This document shows positions 50,947-61,141 of a stretch of DNA of 64,000 nt, in pieces (positions within the stretch are counted from its first letter, which is position 1; every line of letters starts with the position of its first letter). The position numbers and the translations under genes are program-made. Source of the stretch: a bacterium (GTDB taxonomy: Bacteria; UBA8248); the NCBI GenBank assembly GCA_965213625.1, contig CBDBZU010000004.1, positions 1,888,001 through 1,952,000 of the forward strand, given 5' to 3'. Under the pieces are notes generated by a model. The model made no database searches, had not been told where the DNA came from, and saw nothing but the letters and a program-made list of their open reading frames with translations.

Positions 50947-52869
50947 TCATTTCGCCTTCTTGATGTTCACGCCGAACCCGCCCGCGGCGGTTCCGTCCGT
51001 GAAGTTTGCGTTGAACTCGCCAGTAACAGCGCTCGGCGCCGTGTTGATGGCGGGAGTACTACCATTGCTATCATGGTCAACTTGTCCCGCTGTGCCGAAG
51101 AAAGCGCCGCTCCAAGAGCCTGCGGCCGCCGAGCTGTCACCCGTGGCAGTGCCGCTGAAGGTATTTTCGAATTGACTTCCTGCTGCCTCTTTGCCCGGGC
51201 CCATGCCTGTCCTGCCGCTGAAGTCAGTGGCATTCAGCTTCACTGCCCAGTCGTTATCAGCCGCATTTGAATTACCGCCGTCATCAGTGGGGTGCAGGGT
51301 GAAGTTCTTGACCTCTCCGCTGATGACGAACTGGTTGTTGACGCCGATGTTGCCACCGCCGAAGTTCGCGTTAAGCTCAACGTCCGCCTCGAACTGGCCG
51401 GAAGTGGACGAGAGGGTAGCGCCCTGGTTATCGGTCACGTTTTTCACGTACACGCCGGCAGCGCCGCCTTCATACGTCGCGTCGCCTGTAACTTGCCCAA
51501 TGTTCTGAGCGTCGCTTCGAGCTATTCCGTCCGCCCTGGCGAAGGTTTCGACTTCGTTGTAGACGGTGCCGTCTTTCGCCGACATCGTCCGCTTCAGCCA
51601 GAAGCCGTAGGAGAGGTAGCTGGCATCCGCTACGTCGACGGTTTCACCATCACCGGGAATGAACACCCAACCAGCGCTCATTCCGACTATCTCGCCCTTC
51701 GCGTTGAGGTTCACCGTGCAATTGACGTTTGAATTACACTTGTACGTGCCATCCGCGCCGTTGTAGGTGCCGGCGGTTTCAAATGCCGCACGCGGCTGAT
51801 TTCCATCGGTTTCTGAGTCGTTGTCCGCTATGAAATGGTTGAAATTAAGATTGGTCCCCGAGCCGGCGCCGGGTACAAAGGCAGACGACCTGACCAGCTT
51901 AAGCTCCGCTGAATCCGGTGGCGAGTTGGAGTCTGCACCAACAGATTTAGCGGTGAAGTCGTCTTCGGCATTGCCGTCGTTATCGGCGTCCATGGTGGGC
52001 GCGAGATCAACGTTCAGCATATACACGCCTTTATTGTCTCCATCGACCGCGAACGGCCTGGCTGTGGGTTCGGCGATGTCCGTGCGGACCACCACGACTT
52101 CCGATTCGGTCTCGCCGTCGTCGTTCTCTTTCATCGTGCGGACCTGCATGCTGCCATTGGCGAAACCCACGACCTCCGAGAATTGCGGATCTTCGTCCGC
52201 ATCCGGATTTGCTGTGTCAGTTACCTTGACCGTTATGCCCATACGGTTGCGGCTGACGGTGTACGAGTAAGTGCTAACAACTACCCCATCAGCAAGGGTG
52301 CCACCCACATTGGCGTCGGTCGTCTGTGCGGCTTCTGCAGCGATGGCCTTCACTTTTGTTCCGGCCGATTTCGTAACCGCCGCTGCTGCTGCTTTCGCTA
52401 CTGCCGCCGTTTCCGCCAAACCCGACGCCGTCATGGCATGGCTACGCGCCGTGGCGGCATTACCTGCTTCGGCCTGGGCCTGAGCGGCGAGCGCTTCCGC
52501 CGCTGCCGGGTCCGTCGCATTTGCAGCTGCGTCCGCCGCAGCCTTGGCCGCCATGGCGGCTGCTTCCGCAGAAGCTACAGCCGCAGCCACGGCCGCGTCG
52601 CCTTGGTGGTCCAGCATAGCCGCCGCATCAGTGTCCGCACGCGCGTTGGTTGCCGCCGTATCAGCGTTTCCTTGCGCCGTCACAATTCTTTCCTCGGAAG
52701 TCGGGGGCGGATCCACGCAGGCCCCGTCCATCATGACTTGAGGCGCCGTGCACATCACCGTATCCATAGCAGTAGTGCCACCGCCGCCGCCGCAGCCCGC
52801 CAGCACCAGCGCGAAGACGCCCGCAAGTGCAAAAGCGTAAAGCTTGCTTGATTTATCTCTGAACTTCAT
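50947..52869 (-). CDS. Surface lipoprotein paralogue 2 (TbpB-like C-terminal barrel)
   Basis: LAGC plus poly-Gly, Ala-rich stalk, YLSYGFWL, GDATYEGGAAGVYV, AGGFGVN. Confidence 0.75.
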   Translation of the reverse strand: MKFRDKSSKLYAFALAGVFALVLAGCGGGGGTTAMDTVMCTAPQVMMDGACVDPPPTSEERIVTAQGNADTAATNARADTDAAAMLDHQGDAAVAAAVASAEAAAMAAKAAADAAANATDPAAAEALAAQAQAEAGNAATARSHAMTASGLAETAAVAKAAAAAVTKSAGTKVKAIAAEAAQTTDANVGGTLADGVVVSTYSYTVSRNRMGITVKVTDTANPDADEDPQFSEVVGFANGSMQVRTMKENDDGETESEVVVVRTDIAEPTARPFAVDGDNKGVYMLNVDLAPTMDADNDGNAEDDFTAKSVGADSNSPPDSAELKLVRSSAFVPGAGSGTNLNFNHFIADNDSETDGNQPRAAFETAGTYNGADGTYKCNSNVNCTVNLNAKGEIVGMSAGWVFIPGDGETVDVADASYLSYGFWLKRTMSAKDGTVYNEVETFARADGIARSDAQNIGQVTGDATYEGGAAGVYVKNVTDNQGATLSSTSGQFEADVELNANFGGGNIGVNNQFVISGEVKNFTLHPTDDGGNSNAADNDWAVKLNATDFSGRTGMGPGKEAAGSQFENTFSGTATGDSSAAAGSWSGAFFGTAGQVDHDSNGSTPAINTAPSAVTGEFNANFTDGTAAGGFGVNIKKAK

Positions 52870-53709
52870 TTAGTGAGTCCTCCTGAATACATAGAAAAAG
52901 GGATTTTCAGCGAATTTCCGACTTTTTAGGTTGAGGACTCATTTTGGGAAGCGTTGAATTCTTTTATCTAATTGATATTTAATTTATTACAATCGTTTCA
53001 TGATGGCGTGGATTCTGTGTTTCAAGGCTCGTAATCATAAAGATAGCGGATTCATTGTAAATTCTGCGAGTCCTATCGCGCCTGTGTCGGCTGGCCGCCC
53101 GTCGCGACGAAGCGGGCTTCACCGCCAATGAGATGCGGATGATTTTGTTGACCTATCAAAAAAATTGATCTTGCAGAACCGTTCATGCACCCAATGCCCC
53201 CGGATATTCTTCCGAATTGAATGGCGCCGTCAGCCTGTCGCCGCCGTCACGGCATGAGTGAACGAACGCCGGGGGAGTGTCGGCAAATGAGATTTTCGCG
53301 AGGGGCAGAAAACACAATCCGGCATGCGGGGTTCATGCCGCGCAAGGATTCGACAGGAACATGTTCAGGAGGCATTTTGGGGATGTATGCGCTCCAAACG
53401 TAGTGCGCCCAATGCAAGGAAAAGAAATTATTAAGCCCGATTGGAGACCAATCAGCGTGACAAACTTCACAAAAGGCCACCTTGTCGCACGCCACCCTCA
53501 TCGAGGCCGTCTACCGCATGGTCTACGTGATGGCGACCCTGGATCGGCGTCGGTGAAGCTGAAACCGGCCTCGGACTGCGCGGCTCGCGGGAAGTACGCC
53601 GCTCGCCGCGTTCGGCCTCATGACACCAGACCAGCACCAGGCACAACAGCGCGCCGCCGAAGCCGCACCAGGCGCCGAGCTCGGCGGACCGCTTCGCCGT
53701 GCGGAAGAG

Positions 53710-54343
53710 TAGATACCGTCCGCCCATAGATATACGAACTCCTCGCCATGCCACGCCCGCTTGTGTCACGCGGCGTACGCGCGGTCCCAGCCCTCCTTGA
53801 GACGCGCGATGCTCGACGGGGACAATCCCCCCACCGATTCGCCGAACAGCGCCCGCAGCGCCCCGAAGTCGTTCGTCGATACCCCCTTCAGCTACAACCA
53901 CGGGATCACCGCCTCCACACGATTCGTCTTCTTCAGGTACCGAGGCAACAACTCCGAGCGGAAGCGCCGGCCAGAACCCGAGCGGTCCCGCGTCCGCGGC
54001 ACCTGGACCTCGACCGGGCCCACACCCGTCAATACCTCCCGCGACGGAAGATAACCGTTGCGTACCACCGCGCGGCGGCCCTGCGCGTCATGCTCGCCTG
54101 CATGTTCTCCCAGAAAGGCCTTCAACTCCGCTTCCACCGCCTGGCGGATGATTCGCTGCGCGCCCGCGCGCACCAGATCGCTCAACTCGTCACGGAACGC
54201 TGGACTTACAAAGGGTATCGTCTTATCTTCTCTCATGGTGGCGCATCTCCTTGTGCTGAATGACCGGGCTCTTTGACAAACCCATTTCAGCAGGATGCGC
54301 CGCCTTTTTCAATTCAGCTCATACACAACTTCTGACAGTAACT
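53710..54343 (-). mobile_element. IS256-family fragment (left end plus truncated transposase with stops)
   Basis: RNGYLPSREVLTGVGPVEVQVPRTRDR, LKGVST, YLWADGIY; end-like GAGTTACTGTCAGAAGTTGTGTATGAG. Confidence 0.8.
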
Positions 54344-54645
54344 CGGCGCCCCATGCTGACGGCGCCATTCAAATCGGAAGAAGATCCGGGCGCTTTGGGT
54401 GCATAAAGGGCTCTTTAAGATCGATTTTTATTGAGAGAACAACAAAATCATCCGTATCTGGTCGGCGGTGAGGCCCGCTTCGTCACAGCCCGCCGGCCGA
54501 CACCGGCGCGACAGGCCGCGCAGAATTTGCAATGAATCCGCTATCTTTATGATTACGGGCCTTGAAACACAGAATCCACGCCATCATGAAATAATTGTAA
54601 CAAATTAAATATCAATTAGATAAAAGAATTCAACGCTTCCCAAAA

Positions 54646-54717
54646 TGAGTCCTCAACCCAAAAAGTCGGAAATTCGCTGAAAATCCCTTTTTCTATGTAT
54701 TCAGGAGGACTCACTAA
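54646..54717 (+). promoter_or_regulatory. Conserved lipoprotein leader with anti-SD/SD inverted repeat
   Basis: TGAGTCCTC (54646-54654) is complementary to GAGGACTCA (54705-54713), which overlaps AGGAGG; same arrangement upstream of paralogues 1 and 2. Confidence 0.55.
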
Positions 54718-56769
54718 ATGAAGTTCAGAGAGAAATCGATAAGCAAGCTTTACGCTTTTGCCCTGGCGGCGGTTTTCGCACTGACGCTGGCCGGCTGCGG
54801 CGGCGGCGGTGGCACGGCTGAGGAGCCGCCCCCGATGCCGACTCCGCAGGAGATGTGCGCGGATGCGGGCAATAGCTGGGTGGACGGTGCGTGCCTGACG
54901 CCCGCACAGGTGAAGTTCAATGAGACGCTCGCGGCCATCATGGCGGCCACCACGGCGGAAGCTGCCCAGGCGGCTTACGATGTGGTAAAGGACGATGTTA
55001 GCGCCTCGGATGGCGAGAAGCTTCAAGCTGCGGTCGATGAAAGAGTGGGTGCGCTTGCAATGATGGCGCGGGCCGAAGAGCAGAAGATGGCGCTGACGAT
55101 GGCCGCCGCCGACCTTGGCGCGATCGATCTTGAAGATCTGGACACGGCAGAAAAGATCGCCGCGGCCAACGATGCTATTGAGGCACTCAAAATGGCGTTG
55201 GCTAACGCGGCCGACGTGAGCGACGAAGACAAGGCCATGTACCAGACACAACTCGACGAGGCGGGCGCCGACGTGCGGATGGCGCAGACCGGTCTCAATA
55301 CCCAAGAGCGCATGGCGGCGCAGCGCACGGAGATCAACAATGCGGCCTCGATGGCCCGGACTGCGGTCGCCGGGGTGAGCGACACCTCCACCGATAGCGA
55401 GGTTGCTGCGGCGGACGCGGCGGTCCAGGCCGTCAAGGACGCGATCGCAGCCGCAGCGGATCTGTCGGAGGACGATGCCGCCATCATCGCTGCCAACGCC
55501 GTGCTTGAGACGATCGAGCCGCTCCTTGCCAAGGCCAAGACGAGCCGCATGGAGTATTTGGCCAAGAAGGGCGACGAGGACATGAAGGCCAATACCGCTC
55601 TGGGCAAGGCGCTGCACGCGGCGCTGGGAGGGCCCCAAGCAGGTGGTAACGCGCTGGCCAACATCGCCCCACCGACCCTGTCGGCGACCGGCCTCGACAT
55701 TGATGCTGCCCAAGGTGCGGGAGCTCTCGGAGACAGCGATGACGACCCTCGCCTCGCGACCCTCAAGGCCGGCGATTCCGCCGGAGCGTTGGGCAGCTGG
55801 AACGGCATGGACTATGCTCAATCCTCGGGTACCGGCGACGACAAGGTCACGAACGAAGCCAGGGTGTACACCAACCGGGGTCCGGCGGGGACGCAACCCT
55901 TCAGCGGGACAGGCGGAAAATACAACCTCGACGAAAACGGTTCGGTGGCGGTGAGTAACACAGCGCTAGTCATGGCCGCCGCATTCACGCACCAGGGAAA
56001 GCAGGATCACGCGGTGCCGAAACAACAAGATGCGGTGTACATTAAAGGCACATACGACGGTGCGCCGGGGACATTCAGATGCCAAACCGGTTGTTCATCG
56101 ACCAATGACGGCAAGGGCAGCCCGAATGAATTGGGCGGAATCTGGACGTTCGAGCCCGAAAAGGGCGCGATGGCGTCCAAGCCCGATGCCAACTACCTGT
56201 ACTACGGCTGGTGGGTGAGCAAGGACAATGACGGCGAGCCGACGGCCGCCAGCGCGTTCACCGGGATAGTGGGCAATGTCGACGGCGACCAGGCCGCTGT
56301 TAACGGTATTAATCTGACCGGCTCGGCGACCTATGTCGGCAAAGCCGTCGGCAAGTTCGCCATGAGCAATCCACTTGACGGCACGGGCAACGGCGGCCAC
56401 TTCACGGCGGACGCCGAACTGAAGGCCACGTTTGGGTCTGGCGCGACTGCAGGTATGACTGGCACGATCGACAACTTCCGGCTGAACGACGGGTCCGAGG
56501 ATCCAGGCTGGGGCGTGTCGCTGGCCCGCGGCACTTGGGCTGCCAACGGAGAAATCACAGCTCCCTCTGAGAAACCCACGGTCTGGTCGATCAACGGCAA
56601 CAAGGCGCCGGCGTCCGGCACCTGGAGCGGTAGGATGTACGACGAAATGCCCGGAGGCGCACCGGACGGCGACGGCAACAACATCCCGACCACTGTGACC
56701 GGCACCTTCTATTCCGAGTTCAGCACGATTGGCCGGATGGTCGGCGCGTTCGGCGCGAACAAGCAGTAG
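54718..56769 (+). CDS. Surface lipoprotein paralogue 3 (TbpB-like C-terminal barrel)
   Basis: LAGC plus poly-Gly, Ala-rich stalk, YLYYGWW, GSATYVGKAVG, MVGAFGANKQ. Confidence 0.75.
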   Translation: MKFREKSISKLYAFALAAVFALTLAGCGGGGGTAEEPPPMPTPQEMCADAGNSWVDGACLTPAQVKFNETLAAIMAATTAEAAQAAYDVVKDDVSASDGEKLQAAVDERVGALAMMARAEEQKMALTMAAADLGAIDLEDLDTAEKIAAANDAIEALKMALANAADVSDEDKAMYQTQLDEAGADVRMAQTGLNTQERMAAQRTEINNAASMARTAVAGVSDTSTDSEVAAADAAVQAVKDAIAAAADLSEDDAAIIAANAVLETIEPLLAKAKTSRMEYLAKKGDEDMKANTALGKALHAALGGPQAGGNALANIAPPTLSATGLDIDAAQGAGALGDSDDDPRLATLKAGDSAGALGSWNGMDYAQSSGTGDDKVTNEARVYTNRGPAGTQPFSGTGGKYNLDENGSVAVSNTALVMAAAFTHQGKQDHAVPKQQDAVYIKGTYDGAPGTFRCQTGCSSTNDGKGSPNELGGIWTFEPEKGAMASKPDANYLYYGWWVSKDNDGEPTAASAFTGIVGNVDGDQAAVNGINLTGSATYVGKAVGKFAMSNPLDGTGNGGHFTADAELKATFGSGATAGMTGTIDNFRLNDGSEDPGWGVSLARGTWAANGEITAPSEKPTVWSINGNKAPASGTWSGRMYDEMPGGAPDGDGNNIPTTVTGTFYSEFSTIGRMVGAFGANKQ

Positions 56770-56785
56770 TAGCGAAGAGCAACGA

Positions 56786-56828
56786 CGCCTCAGGCCTTCG
56801 GGGCTTAACGGCCCCGGGGCCCAAGGCG
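56786..56828 (+). terminator. GC-rich hairpin after lipoprotein 3 (no clear U tract)
   Basis: GGCCTTCGGGGC/GCCCCGGGGCC stem. Confidence 0.4.
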
Positions 56829-56846
56829 AATGGAGGAAGCGAAAAG

Positions 56847-56946
56847 GGGGTTGCCCGTTGGTTGCTCTCTCGTGATGGGTAAACTGTACCGCTCCTGGCT
56901 ATGAGTTTGAGTCCTCGAGCCGGGAACGGGAACAACGAGCAACCCC
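56847..56946 (+). ncRNA. Candidate structured RNA motif, downstream of lipoprotein 3
   Basis: GGGGTTGCCCGTTG...CAACGAGCAACCCC with conserved core. Confidence 0.6.
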
Positions 56947-57965
56947 TGTTCTTCTTTCTACGCGACTCGGATGTGCTTGAAATAAGAGAAAAAGGGACTA
57001 CCCCCCTCTCCAGGAACAACCCGGGATAGAGAGGGAGGGTAGTCCCTTTCTTATGTGGACATCTTTCAAGCTATTCGGTGTAGATTCAGGAGTTTTCCGC
57101 TCTCGCTGCCGTTCTCCCGTGCCGAGTATGCTTTTTCTTATTCGTGTCTGCCTGTCGCAAGAGCACCAGAAACCTCCTTGGCGGGTTTTTGCATCCCTTA
57201 TTTCAAGGGAGCATATCATCCTACCATTTGATCCATGGTTTCGAAGCCGACCCTCTTGAATCGATGAATTTGACTTTAGGTATTTACTGATTCATGTTCC
57301 CGCCAGCGCGGAGATGAAGAGGGGAAGCCGGAGGATTCACTCGGAAACCCCCACCAAGAAAGCAAATTAAGCTGCTTTCGCCGGGAGACGACGGCGCATC
57401 CAGCGTTCCAGCCCCCCGGTATCCGGTTCCAGCGGAAGATGCATGTCCTTCGTCGCAGGCCTGCGCGTGTCCGGCTCATCAGGGGATCAAGTTCATCCGG
57501 CCGGGTTTCACGGATCAAGTCAAGGACCAATTCGGGTAAGAGCGCGCGGCACGGTCGAAGACTTCGACCGAAATCGCTCCTGCTCATTCTCAAGTCGGTG
57601 CGCTTGGATAACGGTCTCGAAAGCGGTTGCACCGGTCTTCCTGATGGTCTTCATTCGAACTCCGAGCGGGGCAAACCGGATTGGCGGAAGCGGTAATGCA
57701 CACTTACCCCATCATGATAACGGGCAGTGTGTGACCCTTTTGTTGTGAGGCGGCTCGGAGTAAAACCAAATCGCGCGGCGTCCAGACTCCTGTTGATGGT
57801 TTGATCCGGCAAGCCGGTCGCCATTGCAGTGTCCAAAAAAAGGTTGCCAAACAGGACTGGGCAATGCCGCCCCTGTCCGACCGAGCTTTTCGGCGACCTC
57901 CTGATGGGCACAGTGAGGCCATTCCGAAAGCCGCTGGAATCGCCCGAATTCGTCCCGCCGTGCTG

Positions 57966-58388
57966 CTAGCGCGAATCGAGGACGTCGTCGCCGTCCGAAC
58001 CCAGGGTGCGTTCGATCAATTGATCGGTGACGTCCTCGAAGTAGCTCTCGAGTTCATCGTGAAGGAGATTGAATTCCGGCCACACCACTTGCTCGAAGAA
58101 CTCCTGGCGGGCGCGTACCATGACGGTCGTCCGCCGCTGCCGCGCATGGCGGTAGGGACGTACGCCGTGCTTGCGGCAGACCGCCACGAACAACCGGACA
58201 GACCACATGTCCGGCAGAGAGAACTGAAACTCGATTCCCGGCTCGCGGTCCTCATCCGATGCGCCCAGACGGCCCCTCAGCCGCTCCAGCGCGGCTTCGG
58301 CCGCCGCCCGTTCCCCCTCGCTGCCGGCCCGCCGGAACAGCGCCTCCACCTTGCCGAGCTTCGCCCTCAGTTGTTCGTCGTCGACCAT
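57966..58388 (-). CDS. Hypothetical protein (DUF2786-like N-terminus), right-arm copy
   Basis: Near-identical to 49494-49919. Confidence 0.65.
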   Translation of the reverse strand: MVDDEQLRAKLGKVEALFRRAGSEGERAAAEAALERLRGRLGASDEDREPGIEFQFSLPDMWSVRLFVAVCRKHGVRPYRHARQRRTTVMVRARQEFFEQVVWPEFNLLHDELESYFEDVTDQLIERTLGSDGDDVLDSR

Positions 58389-58753
58389 CGGATACGATTT
58401 CAATCGCCAGGCGCGGCGTCGACCAAGGGCGGCCGAAACCCTTCGCCCTCCCTTGGACCCAAGTCCTGAGTCCGTACCTACGTTTTTCGGTGGACGCACC
58501 GCTTACGCTTTTACACGTCCGTACGAGCACCGCGCAACCCTATTGACGTACCGTTTCCAGCCCACGTAAAAGCCTTCACTGGTATGCCAGGGTTTTCCGT
58601 TCCAAACTCTTTTCTACCCGTTAGCTGTGATGCTTACCCGCGGTAAACAACGGCGCGAGACTTCAGGCGCTTCAGACAATCGACAGACGGGCGCTTGCTT
58701 GCCTGCCCACGACATGATAACAAATTGCTATCGGATATTTGGAGGAGATGGCG

Positions 58754-59011
58754 ATGGCTACGATCAATGTGCGGCAACTTGACGACAGCGTTGTGGACCG
58801 GCTCAAGCGGCGTGCTTCACTGAACAACCGCTCTCTGGAAGGCGAGGCGCGCCATATTCTGGAATGCGCCGCCGACAACGACATGGCGGCCAGACGCGCC
58901 GCGTTCCTGGCGGCTTCGGACCGACTGCGGCGAAAGACGGAGGGCCGCAAGCATACTCCGGCGGAAGTACTGATCCGCGAAGATCGCGACCACGGGCATC
59001 GTGACTTCTGA
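58754..59011 (+). CDS. FitA-like RHH antitoxin
   Basis: MATINVRQLDDSVVDRLKRRASLNNRSLEGEARHIL; RBS GGAGGAG. Confidence 0.85.
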   Translation: MATINVRQLDDSVVDRLKRRASLNNRSLEGEARHILECAADNDMAARRAAFLAASDRLRRKTEGRKHTPAEVLIREDRDHGHRDF

Positions 59012-59439
59012 TGCGGCTCGTCGTCGATGCAAGCGTGACGCTCAAGTGGCTGATTGGGGAAGCGGACTCTAGTTTTGCGCGAGACCTGGCGAAGAGCGGC
59101 GACGAGTTGCACGCGCCGCGCTTGATGGCCTGTGAAATCGCCAACGCCCTTTGGCGCAAGGCGCGCCTGGGCGAGATCGAGCGCGGCGACGTGGGCGCCA
59201 TGCTGGCTTTGGTGCCGGACATGCCGGTGCGCTGGGGCTCCGACGAGGCGGTATCCGCCGATGCGGCGCGTCTGGCGCTTGCACTCGATCACCCGGTCTA
59301 CGATTGCGTATATCTCGCGCTCGCGTACCGTATCGGCGCGGTGGTGGTGACGGCGGACTTGAGGTTCGCCAATATGCTGACGTCAACCGAACATGGCGAG
59401 GCCGTGCTAACACTGACCGATTATTCCAGGACACGATAG
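59011..59439 (+). CDS. vapC: VapC PIN toxin
   Basis: LVVDASVTLKW, EIANALW, VYDCVYLALA, VTAD. Confidence 0.88.
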   Translation: MRLVVDASVTLKWLIGEADSSFARDLAKSGDELHAPRLMACEIANALWRKARLGEIERGDVGAMLALVPDMPVRWGSDEAVSADAARLALALDHPVYDCVYLALAYRIGAVVVTADLRFANMLTSTEHGEAVLTLTDYSRTR

Positions 59440-59699
59440 CGAAATATTTCAGGTAACCCTAAAGGGGTGTCCTGTCCGGACGAAAAGAACTTCAAGGGAC
59501 GAGCTTATGATTCCAAGCGGGAAGCCCCTTACCCGGTCGTTTGACATCGACCCGTTCACAGATTCAAATCCGCCTCCATGAGAGATAGAGGAGTGGTCTA
59601 GCGGTCGGACATCCAGGCGTTTCCAGAAGACACAAGACCGGGGCAATCTGGAATTACGGTCGTGGAGGTGCCCGATCGAGTGAGCGGGAACCTTGCGAA

Positions 59700-61035
59700 C
59701 GTGGCGTCGCCGACGAGTACGAGCTTGGGTATGCGCAGGGCGCCCGCGCTCCGGAGCAGGTCGCGGGCCTGGACGGTGGAGGCCAGCGATCCCTCATCAA
59801 CCACCAGCACGGTCTTGGCGAAGGCCGCGTGCATCTTTCTGGCGGCCCCTTTCGTGAGGCGGCCCTGGGCGACGCTGGCGTTGCGCGCCAGGAACCGCTG
59901 CAGGGTCTCGCTCTCAATCCCCGATTCCGCCTCCAGCCTGCGCACCACGGACGCCGAGGGGGCGAGGCCCGCTACGCGCCAGCCCTTCTTCCCCGCAATC
60001 GTTCGCGAGCGATCGAGCATCCGCGTCTTGCCCGCGCCGGCGTAGCCCTGCACGCCAACGGTCCGGTCCTTTTCTGTAAGGATGAGTTTCACCGCCCGCT
60101 TCTGCTCGGCCGTGAGCGGCCCCTTGCGCAGCTACCGGTCCACCATCCAGCCGCGCATCGCCGCACCACCCCGGCCCGAGCTCGCACGCATGAACGCGAT
60201 CGTCTCGCGCTACCGGGTGGCGGCCACATCTGTGGTGAGCCCGTCGCCTCCCTTGAGCGCAGGCGCATCGTGAACGCGGCCCTCGCGCGTGTGGTCCCCG
60301 ACGACCCGCTCGATGGCCCCGATGGACACGGAGCCGGGGCCGTGGGCGAGTGCTGCGGCGAGAATATCCGTCCTCGCGAACACCGCATAACGCTCCGAGA
60401 GATGGGCGAGCGCCCACTCGACGGCCTCCTTCGCGGGGTCCGTCCCGGGCGAAATATCCCCGCCCGCTTCCCGCGCCCACTCTTTCTTCAGGCCATGTAA
60501 CGCCCGTTGGCGGCCGATGCGACGAACGCTTTCGATTCGAGGCCGAGTTCCGACGCCTGTTTTTCCCAGATCCCGCGCAGCGCCTCCCTGTCGACCTCGC
60601 GCTTGTGCTCGCGGGTCATCAGGGCCGCCCGCCGGGCGAGGTGCTGGTTCTCCGCCGTGGCGCCGTGGCCCCGGCCCTCCATCGCCGCCTCGATCTCGGC
60701 GCGGCGCGAGGAGAACGCCTCGATGGTTTCGCGCGAGACGCCACCGATCTCGAACCGCCCGTCGGCGTGGGTCTTCTCGATGTCTCGTGCCGGAACGTGG
60801 CGATCACGGCCTTCTGGCCGCCGGCCCGGACCATGCGTCCGCTCGCCTGGTCCCGCATCCTGGTCTCGGCGGCGTTTCGCTCGAACTCCCCGAGCGCCTG
60901 GGTGACGGCGCGATCGTGGGCGGCTACGATGCGCGCATCCCCGCCGATGAGCGCGACCAGGGATACGGATTTGGGTGCGGAGAAGGTGAGGTCGCGCCCG
61001 GGCCGGTGGTGAATCTCTCCCTCCCGGGTCCTGCG
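59700..61035 (-). pseudogene. MOBF (TrwC/TraI) relaxase-helicase remnant
   Basis: PGRDLTFSAPKSVS, FRHETSR, FSSRRAEI, QGYAGAGKT, VVDEGSL; multiple deletions and frameshifts. Confidence 0.85.
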
Positions 61036-61141
61036 GCTTGAAAGATGTCCACATAAGAAAGGGACTACCCTCCCTCTCTATCCCGGGTTGTTCCTGGAGA
61101 GGGGGGCAGTCCCTTTTTCTCTTGGTGCATAAAGAAGAACA

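Larger units (their letters stand above)
49200..53234. repeat. Left arm of a large inverted duplication
   Basis: Blocks 49200-50199, ~50525-50955 and ~52780-53234 match the reverse complement of 57686-58629, ~56826-57273 and 54355-~54812. Confidence 0.85.
54355..58629. repeat. Right arm of the large inverted duplication
   Basis: Mirror of 49200-53234 outside the lipoprotein cores and one unmatched gap. Confidence 0.85.

Noticed and set aside
54560-54590. Sigma-32-like or sigma-70-like promoter for the lipoproteins (CTTGAA...GCCATCAT)
   Set aside because: Conserved among copies 1-3, but the spacing and -10 match are too poor to assign a sigma factor.
59555-59650. tRNA-like words (GATTCAAATCC, GAGTGGTCTAGCGG)
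   Set aside because: They are in the wrong order and no cloverleaf can be built.
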